Assembly (NCBI GenBank): GCA_017512285.1
Contig: JAFWGU010000011.1
Location: 4,828 to 68,827, forward strand
Direction of reading: 5' to 3'
Origin: Erysipelotrichaceae bacterium
GTDB taxonomy: Bacteria; Bacillota_I; Bacilli_A; Erysipelotrichales; Erysipelotrichaceae
DNA: 64,000 bases
Both the position numbers and the translations under genes were made by a program. Shown piece after piece: positions 35,660 through 44,722 of the stretch (position 1 is the first letter of the stretch; each line of letters opens with the position of its first letter). The notes beneath the pieces are model-generated. The model was given only the letters and a program-made list of their open reading frames with translations. It ran no database searches and was not told the origin of the DNA.

Positions 35660-35806
35660 AAAACAACCTCCAATAATCTTCAAAATTATAGCATAGATGA
35701 TACCATTTTAACAGTTAACATCCACATATCAGATGCTTTAATGCCTCTTCTTCATTTGTTAGAATTATCTCGGAGGAAATGTCCTCATAACTTTCGAGGT
35801 AACAAT

Positions 35807-36583
35807 ATGAGAAGATTTAACAATGTCATAGTCAGACGTCCCTGCAGGGCGATGGTTGAGGGAATCACTTCCGGACTGTATCCGGGGAAACCGGATTATT
35901 CTCTCGCTCTTCTCCAGCACGATGCCTACATCGAAGCTCTTAAGAAATGCGGAGTCAGTGTAACGGTACTTCCGGCTGATGAGAACTACCCGGATTCCTG
36001 TTTCGTGGAAGACCCTGCCGTACTGACGGAAAGATGTGCCATCATTGCCAATCCGGGTGCACCCTCAAGAAACGGTGAAAAGGAATCAATTGAAGAGGCC
36101 GTAAGAAGCTTCTATCCTGAGGACAGGATCGAACACATTACCTTTCCGGGAGCCCTGGATGGCGGCGACGTTATGATGTGCGGTGATCACTTCTTTGTCG
36201 GCCGTTCAGCCAGAACCAACGAAGAAGGGCTCAGGCAGTTTTCCACCATTCTTGCCAGGTACGGCTACACCTGTTCAGAGGTACGGCTTGAAGAAGTACT
36301 GCACCTCAAGACCGGGGTCAACTATCTTGAAAACAACAACCTGCTGGTGTCAGGAGAATTCATAAATAAGCCGGAGTTTGAATCATACAACCGCTTCGTA
36401 ATTCCGGAAGATGAGGCATACGCCGCTAACTGCATCTGGGTAAACGGAACCGTCATCGTACCGGAAGGCTATCCGGAAGTCTTAAGAACTGTCAGGTCAA
36501 TGGGTTATGACACCATTACCGTTGATACCTCGGAATACCGCAAACTGGACGGCGGATTAAGCTGTCTGTCACTAAGATTCTGA
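35807..36583 (+). CDS. N(G),N(G)-dimethylarginine dimethylaminohydrolase (DDAH, amidinotransferase fold)
   Basis: ORF track 35558..36583. Start moved to ATG 35807. Near-colinear similarity to Pseudomonas DDAH as I remember it (..PDSCFVEDP..VLHLKTG..AANCIWVN..DGGLSCLSLRF). Confidence 0.9.
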   Translation: MRRFNNVIVRRPCRAMVEGITSGLYPGKPDYSLALLQHDAYIEALKKCGVSVTVLPADENYPDSCFVEDPAVLTERCAIIANPGAPSRNGEKESIEEAVRSFYPEDRIEHITFPGALDGGDVMMCGDHFFVGRSARTNEEGLRQFSTILARYGYTCSEVRLEEVLHLKTGVNYLENNNLLVSGEFINKPEFESYNRFVIPEDEAYAANCIWVNGTVIVPEGYPEVLRTVRSMGYDTITVDTSEYRKLDGGLSCLSLRF

Positions 36584-36708
36584 AAACGGGCATAAAACCC
36601 CTTTTTAAGTTATAATGTAAGAAAGATCTTACAAAACAAGTTATGTCTGTCTGGTAGAGGATATATGATACATGACTTAGAATCAAATCAGATAGAGAGG
36701 TGAACCAC

Positions 36709-37590
36709 ATGCAATTTGAAAAGAATCTGGTTCTGTTAAGAAAGAAGAACAACCTGTCTCAGGAGGAACTGGCTTTCGCCATCGGTGTATCAAGACAGAC
36801 GATCTATACCTGGGAAGCCGGGCTGAATTATCCCAACATCGTAATGCTCAGAAAGATAGCCGAAGTGTTAAACGTCACAACTGATGATCTGCTTAATGGC
36901 TTTGAGGTAAACAGACTTCCTGCCGTCATTAATGATCTTAAGCTGTCATTTGTCAGAAAACACGACGGTGAAGTCAGATACGAGGAGTTGCCAAACTGGT
37001 TTGTCAGACTCAGACCGGAAGAGGAGGTATGCTGGGCACTGTATGACCTTAAGAACGGAAAGCTGGTAAGAGATTATTCCTATCATGTAATGACCCGGGG
37101 AAATGCCCTCATACATGACAGGGAGGGAATTGAGATCGAAGTCAAGGAATACAACGAAGAGCTTTCACTCAGAAAAGTATACAGTCAGTTCATTTCCGTT
37201 AAGGATGAGGGTGTTGCCTGGCTTGGTGAATCAACCTTCAGAGATGGCAAAAGAATCATTAAGACCTTCAAGGATCAGGATTTCCTGGATAACTGGGGAA
37301 TAGGCGGCAGATTTGAGTATCAGCAGATGAACTACAACGAAGCCGAAGACTGGTCATTGGAATACAATGGCCGTAAGCAGAATGTCGTAAAGATATCCTA
37401 CTACGATCCTGACGGCAGAGACGATCCCAAGGCTGCCTACTTTGAAGCCTTCCTTAACCAGAATCTTGAAACACTTGTCTGGAGAAGATATACGAAGGTC
37501 GTTCACAAGAACGAGTATTCCAATGAAACCATTGTCATTGATGGGCAGACCTATGACATGTCCTACTATTCACTGACTTCCAGACTATAA
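36709..37590 (+). CDS. XRE-family HTH protein fused to a ~230-aa domain of unknown function
   Basis: ORF track 36700..37590. ATG 36709 is preferred (GAGAGGTG RBS). HTH LRKKNNLSQEELAFAIGVSRQTIYTWE. Confidence 0.7.
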   Translation: MQFEKNLVLLRKKNNLSQEELAFAIGVSRQTIYTWEAGLNYPNIVMLRKIAEVLNVTTDDLLNGFEVNRLPAVINDLKLSFVRKHDGEVRYEELPNWFVRLRPEEEVCWALYDLKNGKLVRDYSYHVMTRGNALIHDREGIEIEVKEYNEELSLRKVYSQFISVKDEGVAWLGESTFRDGKRIIKTFKDQDFLDNWGIGGRFEYQQMNYNEAEDWSLEYNGRKQNVVKISYYDPDGRDDPKAAYFEAFLNQNLETLVWRRYTKVVHKNEYSNETIVIDGQTYDMSYYSLTSRL

Positions 37591-37593
37591 AAG

Positions 37594-37619
37594 AAACGGA
37601 CAGCTGACTGTCCGTTTTG
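37594..37619. terminator. Bidirectional terminator
   Basis: AAACGGACAG-CTGA-CTGTCCGTTT perfect 10-bp stem between convergent genes. Confidence 0.85.
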
Positions 37620-38510
37620 TTATCTGATGGTTAATGATACCGCCTGAGGTATCATTATCTCCGAAGTTACCTTTCCACCTTTTATACAGGTAACGCTGTC
37701 TGACTGCAGGTTGGCACATATCTCGTAACCGTCTGCTACGATCATGTCTCTTGGATGACGGCCGCCACAGGAATGAACGTCTTCGATCCTGAGCTTATCA
37801 TCGTTGAAGCTGACATCATAAATGAGGTCCGCCTCTCTGACGCTGACGTGGATCAGGCCATCCTGCAGTCTTATGGCTGCCGGGACACCTGATTCTCCCA
37901 GTTTAATCCTATCAACTATCCTGAAATCTTCCCTGTCCAGTGCGAAGAGTTCATCAGACAGTTCGGCTGCGACGAACATGTATTTCCCATCTTCAGAGAA
38001 TACGGCATGCCTTGGTCCGCTGCCTTCAGGGAATCTGACCGTTCTGATGATCTCGAAGTTTTCATCAAAGATATACATCTCATCTCTCTTCAGACAGGCA
38101 CCGATGCTGCCGTTTTCATAAGGAATCAGCTGATGGCATCCGGCACCCTTACCGATGACCACCTTGCGGATGAGCTTCAGTTCATCATTATTAAAGCTTA
38201 TGAAGCTGAAGGTTCCCTCATGATAGTTGGCACAGCGGATAAGTCCATCATATCCTATGAAACAGCTTGAAACCTCTTCAAAAATCAATGATGAAATGAC
38301 ATTGCCGGCTGGATCGATCACTGCCGCCCCGGCGCCTTCACCATTGCTGAAGAGGGAATAGATTCTGTTTCCATCAGATGTAAGGTATTTTGCCCCGTCA
38401 ATGCGGCAGAAAAGAACAGGCTCACTTAACTTACCGTCTTCAAGGAAAAACCGGTATATCCCGTTTCCCTCTCCCTTTCCATATGTACCGCAGAGTATTT
38501 CTCTTTTCAT
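37620..38510 (-). CDS. Lactonase-family beta-propeller protein (Pgl/YbhE-like)
   Basis: N-terminal GTYGKGEGNGIYRF and GSGPRHAVFSEDGKYMFVAAEL match the 6-phosphogluconolactonase-type propeller pattern. Shorter than typical family members. Confidence 0.65.
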   Translation of the reverse strand: MKREILCGTYGKGEGNGIYRFFLEDGKLSEPVLFCRIDGAKYLTSDGNRIYSLFSNGEGAGAAVIDPAGNVISSLIFEEVSSCFIGYDGLIRCANYHEGTFSFISFNNDELKLIRKVVIGKGAGCHQLIPYENGSIGACLKRDEMYIFDENFEIIRTVRFPEGSGPRHAVFSEDGKYMFVAAELSDELFALDREDFRIVDRIKLGESGVPAAIRLQDGLIHVSVREADLIYDVSFNDDKLRIEDVHSCGGRHPRDMIVADGYEICANLQSDSVTCIKGGKVTSEIMIPQAVSLTIR

Positions 38511-38514
38511 TTCC

Positions 38515-39711
38515 TTACTGCTTCATTTCCTCTCTGACTTCACAGAAGCACTTTACTACGAAGTCAATGTCTTCTCTGGTATGGTTGGCACATACCTGTG
38601 TTCTGATCCTGGCCTTGCCCTTCGGTACTACCGGATAGGAGAAGGCTACGACATAAACACCCTTCTCTACCATCTTTCTGGCAAAGTCAGCCGTATATTT
38701 TTCATCATAGAACATTACCGGAACGCATGGATGCGTGCCTTCAATTACGTCAAAGCCGTTTTCCACCAGCTTTTTACGGTAGTACATCGTAACGTCTTCC
38801 AGATGGTCTCTCAAAGCCGTGCTTTCTGTTAACATGTCAAACAGCTCAATGGAGGCTCCCGCAATGGCCGGTGCCAGTGAGTTGGAGAACAGATACGGTC
38901 TGCTGCGCTGACGTAACAGATCAATGATCTCCTGACGGCCTGAAGTATAACCGCCGCTGGCTCCACCCAGCGCCTTGCCCAATGTACCGGTTATGATGTC
39001 TACTCTGCCCATTACGTCACAGTGTTCCTGTGTACCACGGCCTGTCTTGCCGACAAAGCCTACGGCATGGGAATCATCTACCATTACCAGCGCCTCGTAC
39101 TTATCAGCCAGATCACATACTCCCTGCAGATTGGCAATGATGCCGTCCATTGAGAATACGCCGTCAGTGGCTATCAGCTTGATCCTGGCTCCTGCCTCAT
39201 CAGCTTCCTTCAGCTTGGCTTCCAGATCTTCCATGTTGTTATTCTTATAACGATAGCGCTTTGCCTTGCACAGACGTACACCGTCAATGATCGAAGCGTG
39301 GTTCAGTTCATCTGATATTACCGCATCCTGATCCGTAAGCAGAGTTTCAAACAGGCCGCCGTTGGCATCAAAACATGATGAATACAGAATTGTATCATCC
39401 GTCTTCAGGAATTCCGAGATCTTCTTTTCCAGTTTCTTGTGAATGTCCTGGGTTCCGCAGATGAACCTTACCGAGGCAACGCCGAAGCCCTTTTCATCAT
39501 AGGTTCTCTTGGCGGCATCGATAAGTCTTTGATTATCGCCTAAGCCCAGATAATTATTTGAACACATGCATAACAGCCTTCTGCCGTCTTCCATGGTCAC
39601 GTAGGAGCCCTGCGGGGAAATATAAGGTAATTCACCCTTGAATAATCCCGCTTCCTTAATGTCTTCAACCGTCTGATGGTAACTAGCCAGTATTTCCTTC
39701 CTGTTCATCAT
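38515..39711 (-). CDS. kbl: Glycine C-acetyltransferase (2-amino-3-ketobutyrate CoA ligase)
   Basis: PLP-dependent class II aminotransferase fold with GTLGKALG (PLP Lys). Start overlaps the tdh stop. Confidence 0.9.
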   Translation of the reverse strand: MMNRKEILASYHQTVEDIKEAGLFKGELPYISPQGSYVTMEDGRRLLCMCSNNYLGLGDNQRLIDAAKRTYDEKGFGVASVRFICGTQDIHKKLEKKISEFLKTDDTILYSSCFDANGGLFETLLTDQDAVISDELNHASIIDGVRLCKAKRYRYKNNNMEDLEAKLKEADEAGARIKLIATDGVFSMDGIIANLQGVCDLADKYEALVMVDDSHAVGFVGKTGRGTQEHCDVMGRVDIITGTLGKALGGASGGYTSGRQEIIDLLRQRSRPYLFSNSLAPAIAGASIELFDMLTESTALRDHLEDVTMYYRKKLVENGFDVIEGTHPCVPVMFYDEKYTADFARKMVEKGVYVVAFSYPVVPKGKARIRTQVCANHTREDIDFVVKCFCEVREEMKQ

Positions 39712-40781
39712 TCATCCCCCAATTCATCTACCTTGGACCAGTCAAGAATTACCTTTCCCGACTGTCCTGATAACATGGCATCAAAGCCCTTCTGATAATC
39801 CTTTATGTCAAATCTGTGCGTTATTATTTCTGAAATGTCCAGCCCCGCCTGTAACATCGTGGTCATCTTATACCAGGTATCCCATACCTTGCGTCCGTAG
39901 ATTCCCTTCAGTGTCAGACCGTTGAATATGACTGTTTCCAGATTGATCTTACTGTCAGCGCCCTGCAAGCCCAGCAGCGAGATCTTTCCGCCATGCTTCA
40001 TGTTGGCGATCATGCTGTCGAGAGCGCTGGCTGCCCCGGACATCTCCAGTCCAACGTCGAATCCCTCCGTCATGCCAAGCTCCTGAATAACCTCTTCCAA
40101 GGTTTCATTCTTAAGGTTTACTGTTCTGGTGGCTCCCAGCTTTCCAGCCAAATCCAGACGGTATTCATTGAAGTCCGTTACTACTACGTGTCTGGCTCCG
40201 GCAAACTTGACGATGGCCGCAGCCATGCAACCGATAGGGCCGGCTCCGGTAATCAGTACGTCCTCACCCAGGCAGTCAAACATCAGAGCCGCGTGGGTGG
40301 CATTGCCATACGGATCAAATATCGCATACATCTCTTCCGGTATTTCCGGATTGGTCAGCCAGACATTGACAGCCGGTATGGAAAGATATTCCGCAAAGGC
40401 GCCGTTGCGGTTAACGCCTACACCCTTGCACTTCTGGCAGTTTTCCTTATGCCCTTCCAGACAGTTACGGCACTTGCCGCAGGTAATGTGACCTTCGCCC
40501 GAAACCAGATCTCCAACCTTGAAACCTCTGACACCTGCTCCGACGTCAACTATCTCGCCAACGTATTCGTGTCCGATCGTCAGTCCGATCGGTATGGTAT
40601 TCTGAGCCCACTGATTCCACTGATAGATGTGAACGTCAGTGCCGCAGATGGCTGTCTTATGGATCTTGATGAGTACGTCGGTAGGTCCCATTGCCGGGAT
40701 GTCTACTCTCTTCTTCCAGATGCCGACTTCCGGCCTGTCCTTGACCAGAGCCCACATCTTGCCGTCATTATGTCTGTCCAC
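39708..40781 (-). CDS. tdh: L-threonine 3-dehydrogenase
   Basis: Zn-ADH fold [24 protein letters not shown] and the structural-Zn Cys cluster CGKCRNC. GTG start with a GGAGGA RBS. Confidence 0.9.
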   Translation of the reverse strand: MDRHNDGKMWALVKDRPEVGIWKKRVDIPAMGPTDVLIKIHKTAICGTDVHIYQWNQWAQNTIPIGLTIGHEYVGEIVDVGAGVRGFKVGDLVSGEGHITCGKCRNCLEGHKENCQKCKGVGVNRNGAFAEYLSIPAVNVWLTNPEIPEEMYAIFDPYGNATHAALMFDCLGEDVLITGAGPIGCMAAAIVKFAGARHVVVTDFNEYRLDLAGKLGATRTVNLKNETLEEVIQELGMTEGFDVGLEMSGAASALDSMIANMKHGGKISLLGLQGADSKINLETVIFNGLTLKGIYGRKVWDTWYKMTTMLQAGLDISEIITHRFDIKDYQKGFDAMLSGQSGKVILDWSKVDELGDE

Positions 40782-40848
40782 AGTATTTCCTCCGTATGAT
40801 AATTATGTCTTTTTTTCTTACATTCATTATATCACTGTTCAGGGCACA

Positions 40849-40876
40849 TAAAATAAAAGAGCAGAGGTCTCTGCTC
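40849..40876 (-). terminator. Rho-independent terminator of the ispF unit
   Basis: GAGCAGAG/CTCTGCTC stem followed by UUUUAUUUU on the minus strand. Confidence 0.7.
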
Positions 40877-40884
40877 CAAAATGA

Positions 40885-41094
40885 TCATATCATTTCCAGC
40901 TCTTCGATAAGATATCCGGCACCCTCCAGGATGAAACAGATGTTTTCGAGGAGGTCATCAGTATCAATGGTTACTTCGCCCTTGTTGAAACTGATGTTGA
41001 CAACTGTAGTCTCTTCACTGTTCAACAGCTTTCTTATGGTAAAAACGTCTTCTCTGCTGTTTAAGCCTTCTATTTTCATTACATATCTGTACAT
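40885..41094 (-). CDS. Small HMA-fold-like protein lacking the CxxC metal site (69 aa)
   Basis: ORF track 40885..41115. ATG 41094 lies 1 nt after the ispF stop. MKIEGLNSREDV..GEVTIDT..GY follows the HMA beta-alpha-beta-beta-alpha-beta pattern, with one Cys (ENIC) and no CxxC pair. Confidence 0.5.
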   Translation of the reverse strand: MYRYVMKIEGLNSREDVFTIRKLLNSEETTVVNISFNKGEVTIDTDDLLENICFILEGAGYLIEELEMI

Positions 41095-41095
41095 G

Positions 41096-41575
41096 TTAAG
41101 CCTTCTTTCTTTCAATTAATGCGACGGCTTCGGCTACAACGCCTTCTCCCCTGCCGACAAAGCCCATTTTCTCACCGGTAGTTGCCTTGACATTGATCTG
41201 ATCTTCCCCAATCCCCAGTGTCTCGGCAATGTTCTTTCTCATACGGGGAATGAAAGGCTTCATCTTCGGCTGCTGTATGAGGATCAGTGAGTCAATGTTA
41301 CTGATCTCATAACCGTTTTCTTCCAGCATTTCCCTGGTTCTCTCCAGTAATTTAATAGATGAGATGCCAAGATACTCATCATCAGTATCAGGGAAATGTG
41401 TTCCGATGTCGCCAAGGCCCATGGCTCCTATCAGTGCTTCAATTATGGCGTGCAGCAGAACGTCAGCATCTGAATGTCCATCCAATCCAAGTTCATAGGG
41501 TATTTCCACTCCTCCAAGAATGAGTTTTCTGCCCTTTACCAGTCTGTGAATGTCGGTTGACTGACCAATGCGCAT
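41096..41575 (-). CDS. ispF: 2-C-methyl-D-erythritol 2,4-cyclodiphosphate synthase
   Basis: [12 protein letters not shown]...[11 protein letters not shown]...GDIG canonical IspF motifs. Start moved to ATG 41575 (GAGGTG RBS). Confidence 0.95.
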   Translation of the reverse strand: MRIGQSTDIHRLVKGRKLILGGVEIPYELGLDGHSDADVLLHAIIEALIGAMGLGDIGTHFPDTDDEYLGISSIKLLERTREMLEENGYEISNIDSLILIQQPKMKPFIPRMRKNIAETLGIGEDQINVKATTGEKMGFVGRGEGVVAEAVALIERKKA

Positions 41576-41620
41576 TAGTATCACCTCACTGATATTTTAC
41601 CATAGAAACAAGTCAATATT

Positions 41621-42436
41621 ATGGGGTATATTAGTTATATGAAGAGAAAACTGTTTGAAACGGGAACCAGGATATACGAAGATACTGACTATTATGATTA
41701 CCCTGTCAGGGTTTTTGACAGCGGCAACGGCTGGCAGTCAGCCACCTTCATGGATGAAGACAAGAAATACGATCTGGTATTTGCCTACCTGAGAGCCTTT
41801 AACCGCGGTTTTGATATCAATCCTGACATTAAAAGCATCCTGCTGCTGGGAGGTGCCGGCTATTCCTATCCGAAACATGTCATTTCTCACTATCCTTCTG
41901 TCAGCATCACCATAGTTGAGATCGATCCTGAAGCTCTGGAAATAGCCAAAGAGCATTTCTATCTCGATGATCTCATCAGGGACTATGACCTTGATAATAA
42001 TGACAGGTTCAAAAACGTTACCGATGATGCCGTGCACTACATTCAGACCACTGAATACAGATATGATATGATCATAAACGACCTTTATGACGATCTTGAC
42101 CCCGTTTATCCGCTGCTGACATTGAATGGCATCCGCTCAGTTAAGAACGATCTGACGGAAAACGGCATCTATGCCCTCAATCTTTCCGGTAACCGCAAGC
42201 TGAACAGGACGGATTACCTGTTAAACATCATAAAAACGCTTAAGGAATGTTTCAGAAACGTTTCCGTTGTCAAGGCCTTCTCCTATCAGCATCTGCGTAG
42301 CGGCAACTATGTCATATTCGCTTCTGATTCAGATAATACACTGCCTGACAGCGTTGAATACGACCTCGATGAAGCCCAGGTGGCAGAAGATCCGGAAAAA
42401 CTCCGGGAAGGCTATCACGACTTCCTGGGAATCTGA
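41621..42436 (+). CDS. Spermidine-synthase-like SAM-dependent methyltransferase-fold protein
   Basis: LLLGGAGYSYPKHV...ITIVEIDPEALEIAKEHF resembles the spermidine synthase/MTase motif I-II region. The start is uncertain (41621 or 41639). Confidence 0.6.
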   Translation: MGYISYMKRKLFETGTRIYEDTDYYDYPVRVFDSGNGWQSATFMDEDKKYDLVFAYLRAFNRGFDINPDIKSILLLGGAGYSYPKHVISHYPSVSITIVEIDPEALEIAKEHFYLDDLIRDYDLDNNDRFKNVTDDAVHYIQTTEYRYDMIINDLYDDLDPVYPLLTLNGIRSVKNDLTENGIYALNLSGNRKLNRTDYLLNIIKTLKECFRNVSVVKAFSYQHLRSGNYVIFASDSDNTLPDSVEYDLDEAQVAEDPEKLREGYHDFLGI

Positions 42437-42446
42437 CCATAAGAAA

Positions 42447-42479
42447 ATCTGCAGACTAAAAATCTGCAGATCTTTTTTT
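42447..42479. terminator. Bidirectional terminator
   Basis: ATCTGCAGA-7nt-TCTGCAGAT stem followed by CTTTTTTT, with an A-rich 5' flank. Confidence 0.85.
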
Positions 42480-42493
42480 CTGATTCAAACTGA

Positions 42494-42817
42494 TTATGCC
42501 TTGATGAACTGCTCTACGTCGAGAACAAAGATCGTAGCTCCGCCAACCTGTACTTCAACCGGATAAGCTGCGTAATGGTTGATGTCAAATGTTGCGGTGG
42601 CAGGAACGATTTCCGTACGTCTCTTGCTCTCAGACTTGATGAGTTCGATCAGTTCAGGAACCTTTTCATCATCTGTTCCCATTAAGAGCGTGGTATTGCC
42701 GGCTCTTAAGAATCCGCCAGTGGTTGACAGCTTTGTCATGAAATATCCGTGTTCAGTCAATACTGATGTAACTGCTGCGCTGTCATCATTTGATACTATT
42801 GCGATTACTAATTTCAT
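42494..42817 (-). CDS. darA: Cyclic-di-AMP receptor, PII-like (DarA/PstA, YaaQ family)
   Basis: ORF track 42494..42865. Start moved to ATG 42817 (AAGGAGAA RBS). MKLVIAIV..TKLSTTGGFLRAGNTT..YPVEVQVGGATIFVL is near-colinear with B. subtilis YaaQ as I remember it. Confidence 0.9.
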   Translation of the reverse strand: MKLVIAIVSNDDSAAVTSVLTEHGYFMTKLSTTGGFLRAGNTTLLMGTDDEKVPELIELIKSESKRRTEIVPATATFDINHYAAYPVEVQVGGATIFVLDVEQFIKA

Positions 42818-42830
42818 TGTCGTTCTCCTT

Positions 42831-43931
42831 CTAAACATTAAACCTGATATGCATGATGTCGCCATCCTGCACCAGATAATCTTTTCCTTCTACTCTGAGC
42901 TTTCCTGCTTCCTTCAGGGCAGCTTCACTTCCATATTTCATTATATCATCATAACTGTAAACTTCAGCACGGATGAATCCTTTTTTGAAATCCGAGTGAA
43001 TGACACCGGCACAGTCAGGCGCCTTCATGCCCTTCGTAAAGGTCCAGGCTCTGACTTCATCGGTTCCTACGGTCAGAAAGGTACACAGATTCAGAATTGA
43101 ATAGGCACTGACGATGATCTCATCCAGACCGCTGGTCTTAAGACCAAGTTCCTCAAGGAACATCTGTCTGTCCTCATCATCCAGCTGTGCAAGTTCCTCT
43201 TCCGTTCTGGCCGTGATGGCAATGACCTTATTGCCTTCTTCTTCAGCTATGGCCTTTACCTGCTGATAGTACTTGCAGTTTTCCGGATTGACTACATCTG
43301 CTTCTGATACGTTGGCGATGTAGATTACCGGCTTGATGGTAAGCAGGTTGTATGATCTTACGATCTCGCTTTCCTCTTCATTAAGTTCAACGCTTCTGGC
43401 AGACCTGCCCTCCAATAAGGCGGATTTCAGTCTCTGCAGAACTTCAAATTCCTTTACGGCATCCTTTTCCTTGCTCTGAGCCTTACGCTCTACCTTGCTG
43501 ATGCGGTTCTGAACGGTTTCCAGGTCAGCCAGTGACAGCTCAAGGTTTACGATCTCAATGTCTCTCTTCGGATCAACCGAGTTTTCAACATGGGTGATCG
43601 TGTTATCATCGAAGCATCTTACCACATGACAAATGGCATCTACTTCCCTGATGTGACCAAGGAACTGGTTTCCCAGACCTTCACCCTTTGAGGCTCCTCT
43701 TACCAGCCCGGCAATGTCCGTGAATTCAAAGGTCGTTCTGATCGTCTTACGCGGATTGAACATTGCGCTTAGCTTGTCGACTCTTTCATCAGGGACCTCA
43801 ACGGTCTTTACGTTCGGCTTTATGGTGGCAAATGGATAGTTGGCTGCTTCAACCTGTGACTTCGTGATGGCGTTGAACAGTGTAGACTTGCCTACGTTCG
43901 GCAGCCCTATTATTCCAGCTGTTAATGACAT
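42831..43931 (-). CDS. ychF: Redox-regulated ATPase YchF (Obg-family GTPase fold)
   Basis: GIIGLPNVGKSTLFNA G1 motif, DIAGLV, and a C-terminal TGS-like VQDGDIMHIRFNV. Confidence 0.95.
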   Translation of the reverse strand: MSLTAGIIGLPNVGKSTLFNAITKSQVEAANYPFATIKPNVKTVEVPDERVDKLSAMFNPRKTIRTTFEFTDIAGLVRGASKGEGLGNQFLGHIREVDAICHVVRCFDDNTITHVENSVDPKRDIEIVNLELSLADLETVQNRISKVERKAQSKEKDAVKEFEVLQRLKSALLEGRSARSVELNEEESEIVRSYNLLTIKPVIYIANVSEADVVNPENCKYYQQVKAIAEEEGNKVIAITARTEEELAQLDDEDRQMFLEELGLKTSGLDEIIVSAYSILNLCTFLTVGTDEVRAWTFTKGMKAPDCAGVIHSDFKKGFIRAEVYSYDDIMKYGSEAALKEAGKLRVEGKDYLVQDGDIMHIRFNV

Positions 43932-43934
43932 GTG

Positions 43935-44153
43935 CTATTCCTCTATTCCTTCAGCGGCGGGGATTACCTTCTTGAGCTTCTTTTCAAACTCTCTTCTTGG
44001 AAACATGACACTCGTGCCGCAGCCCAGACACTTGATCCTGATGTCAGCGCCCATTCTAATAATGCGCCACTGCTTGGACTTGTGACACGGATGTTCCTTT
44101 TTCATTTCAACTATATCATTTAACTGATATTCCACGTTGCATCCCCCGCTCAT
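43935..44153 (-). CDS. DUF951-family small protein
   Basis: DIVEMKKEHPC..WRIIRMGADIRIKCLGCG.SVMFPRREFEKKLKK matches the conserved Firmicute DUF951/YyzM-type sequence. Confidence 0.8.
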   Translation of the reverse strand: MSGGCNVEYQLNDIVEMKKEHPCHKSKQWRIIRMGADIRIKCLGCGTSVMFPRREFEKKLKKVIPAAEGIEE

Positions 44154-44228
44154 GATTCCAATATACTATATCATTTTTCCGGCTGATTTTCATTAAGGAC
44201 AGTTTATCAGCCGAATGTGTAATTAGTG

Positions 44229-44669
44229 TTAATTATTCTCCAGAATAATGGTCACCGGTCCGTCGTTGACCAATTCGATCTTCATGTCAGCACCGAAAAT
44301 GCCGGTTTCGACCCTTAATCCCAGTTCTCTCAGGCATTCATTGAAGTATTCATACAGACTTACTGCCTCCGGTCCGGATAAGGCTTCAATGAAGCTGGGG
44401 CGGTTGCTCTTCTTCGTATCCCCGTACAGTGTGAACTGGGAAATGGAAAGAATACTGCCGCCTACATCATAGATGTTCTTATTGATCTTGCCGTTTTCAT
44501 CGCTGAAAATACGCAGCTTGCTGACCTTTTCAGCCTGCTTTCTGGCAATCTCCCTGGTGTCGCTTCTGCCGAAACCGACCAGTAACATGAATCCCTGATC
44601 GATGCTTCCTGTCACCGTACCTTCAACGGTACAGCTTGCTCTTGATACTCTCTGTACAACTATTTTCAT
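44229..44669 (-). CDS. dtd: D-aminoacyl-tRNA deacylase
   Basis: MKIVVQRV...SQFTLYGD..KSNRPSF...NDGPVTI canonical Dtd motifs. Confidence 0.95.
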   Translation of the reverse strand: MKIVVQRVSRASCTVEGTVTGSIDQGFMLLVGFGRSDTREIARKQAEKVSKLRIFSDENGKINKNIYDVGGSILSISQFTLYGDTKKSNRPSFIEALSGPEAVSLYEYFNECLRELGLRVETGIFGADMKIELVNDGPVTIILENN

Positions 44670-44722
44670 ACAATCATTCTATAACATTTTCATAAATGAT
44701 AAAATATTTACGGGTGATAACC

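Noticed and set aside
35660-35806. T-box or other riboswitch leader upstream of the metG-gltX unit.
   Set aside because: The spacer is only 147 bp and is shared with the divergent DDAH promoter. I could not find a specifier-loop/antiterminator arrangement or a terminator hairpin there.
44180-44213. Hairpin CGGCTGAT-18nt-ATCAGCCG between dtd and the DUF951 gene.
   Set aside because: No U run follows it on either strand, and the loop is large. It is not a convincing terminator. It may be an mRNA-processing or stability element, but that cannot be supported from sequence alone.
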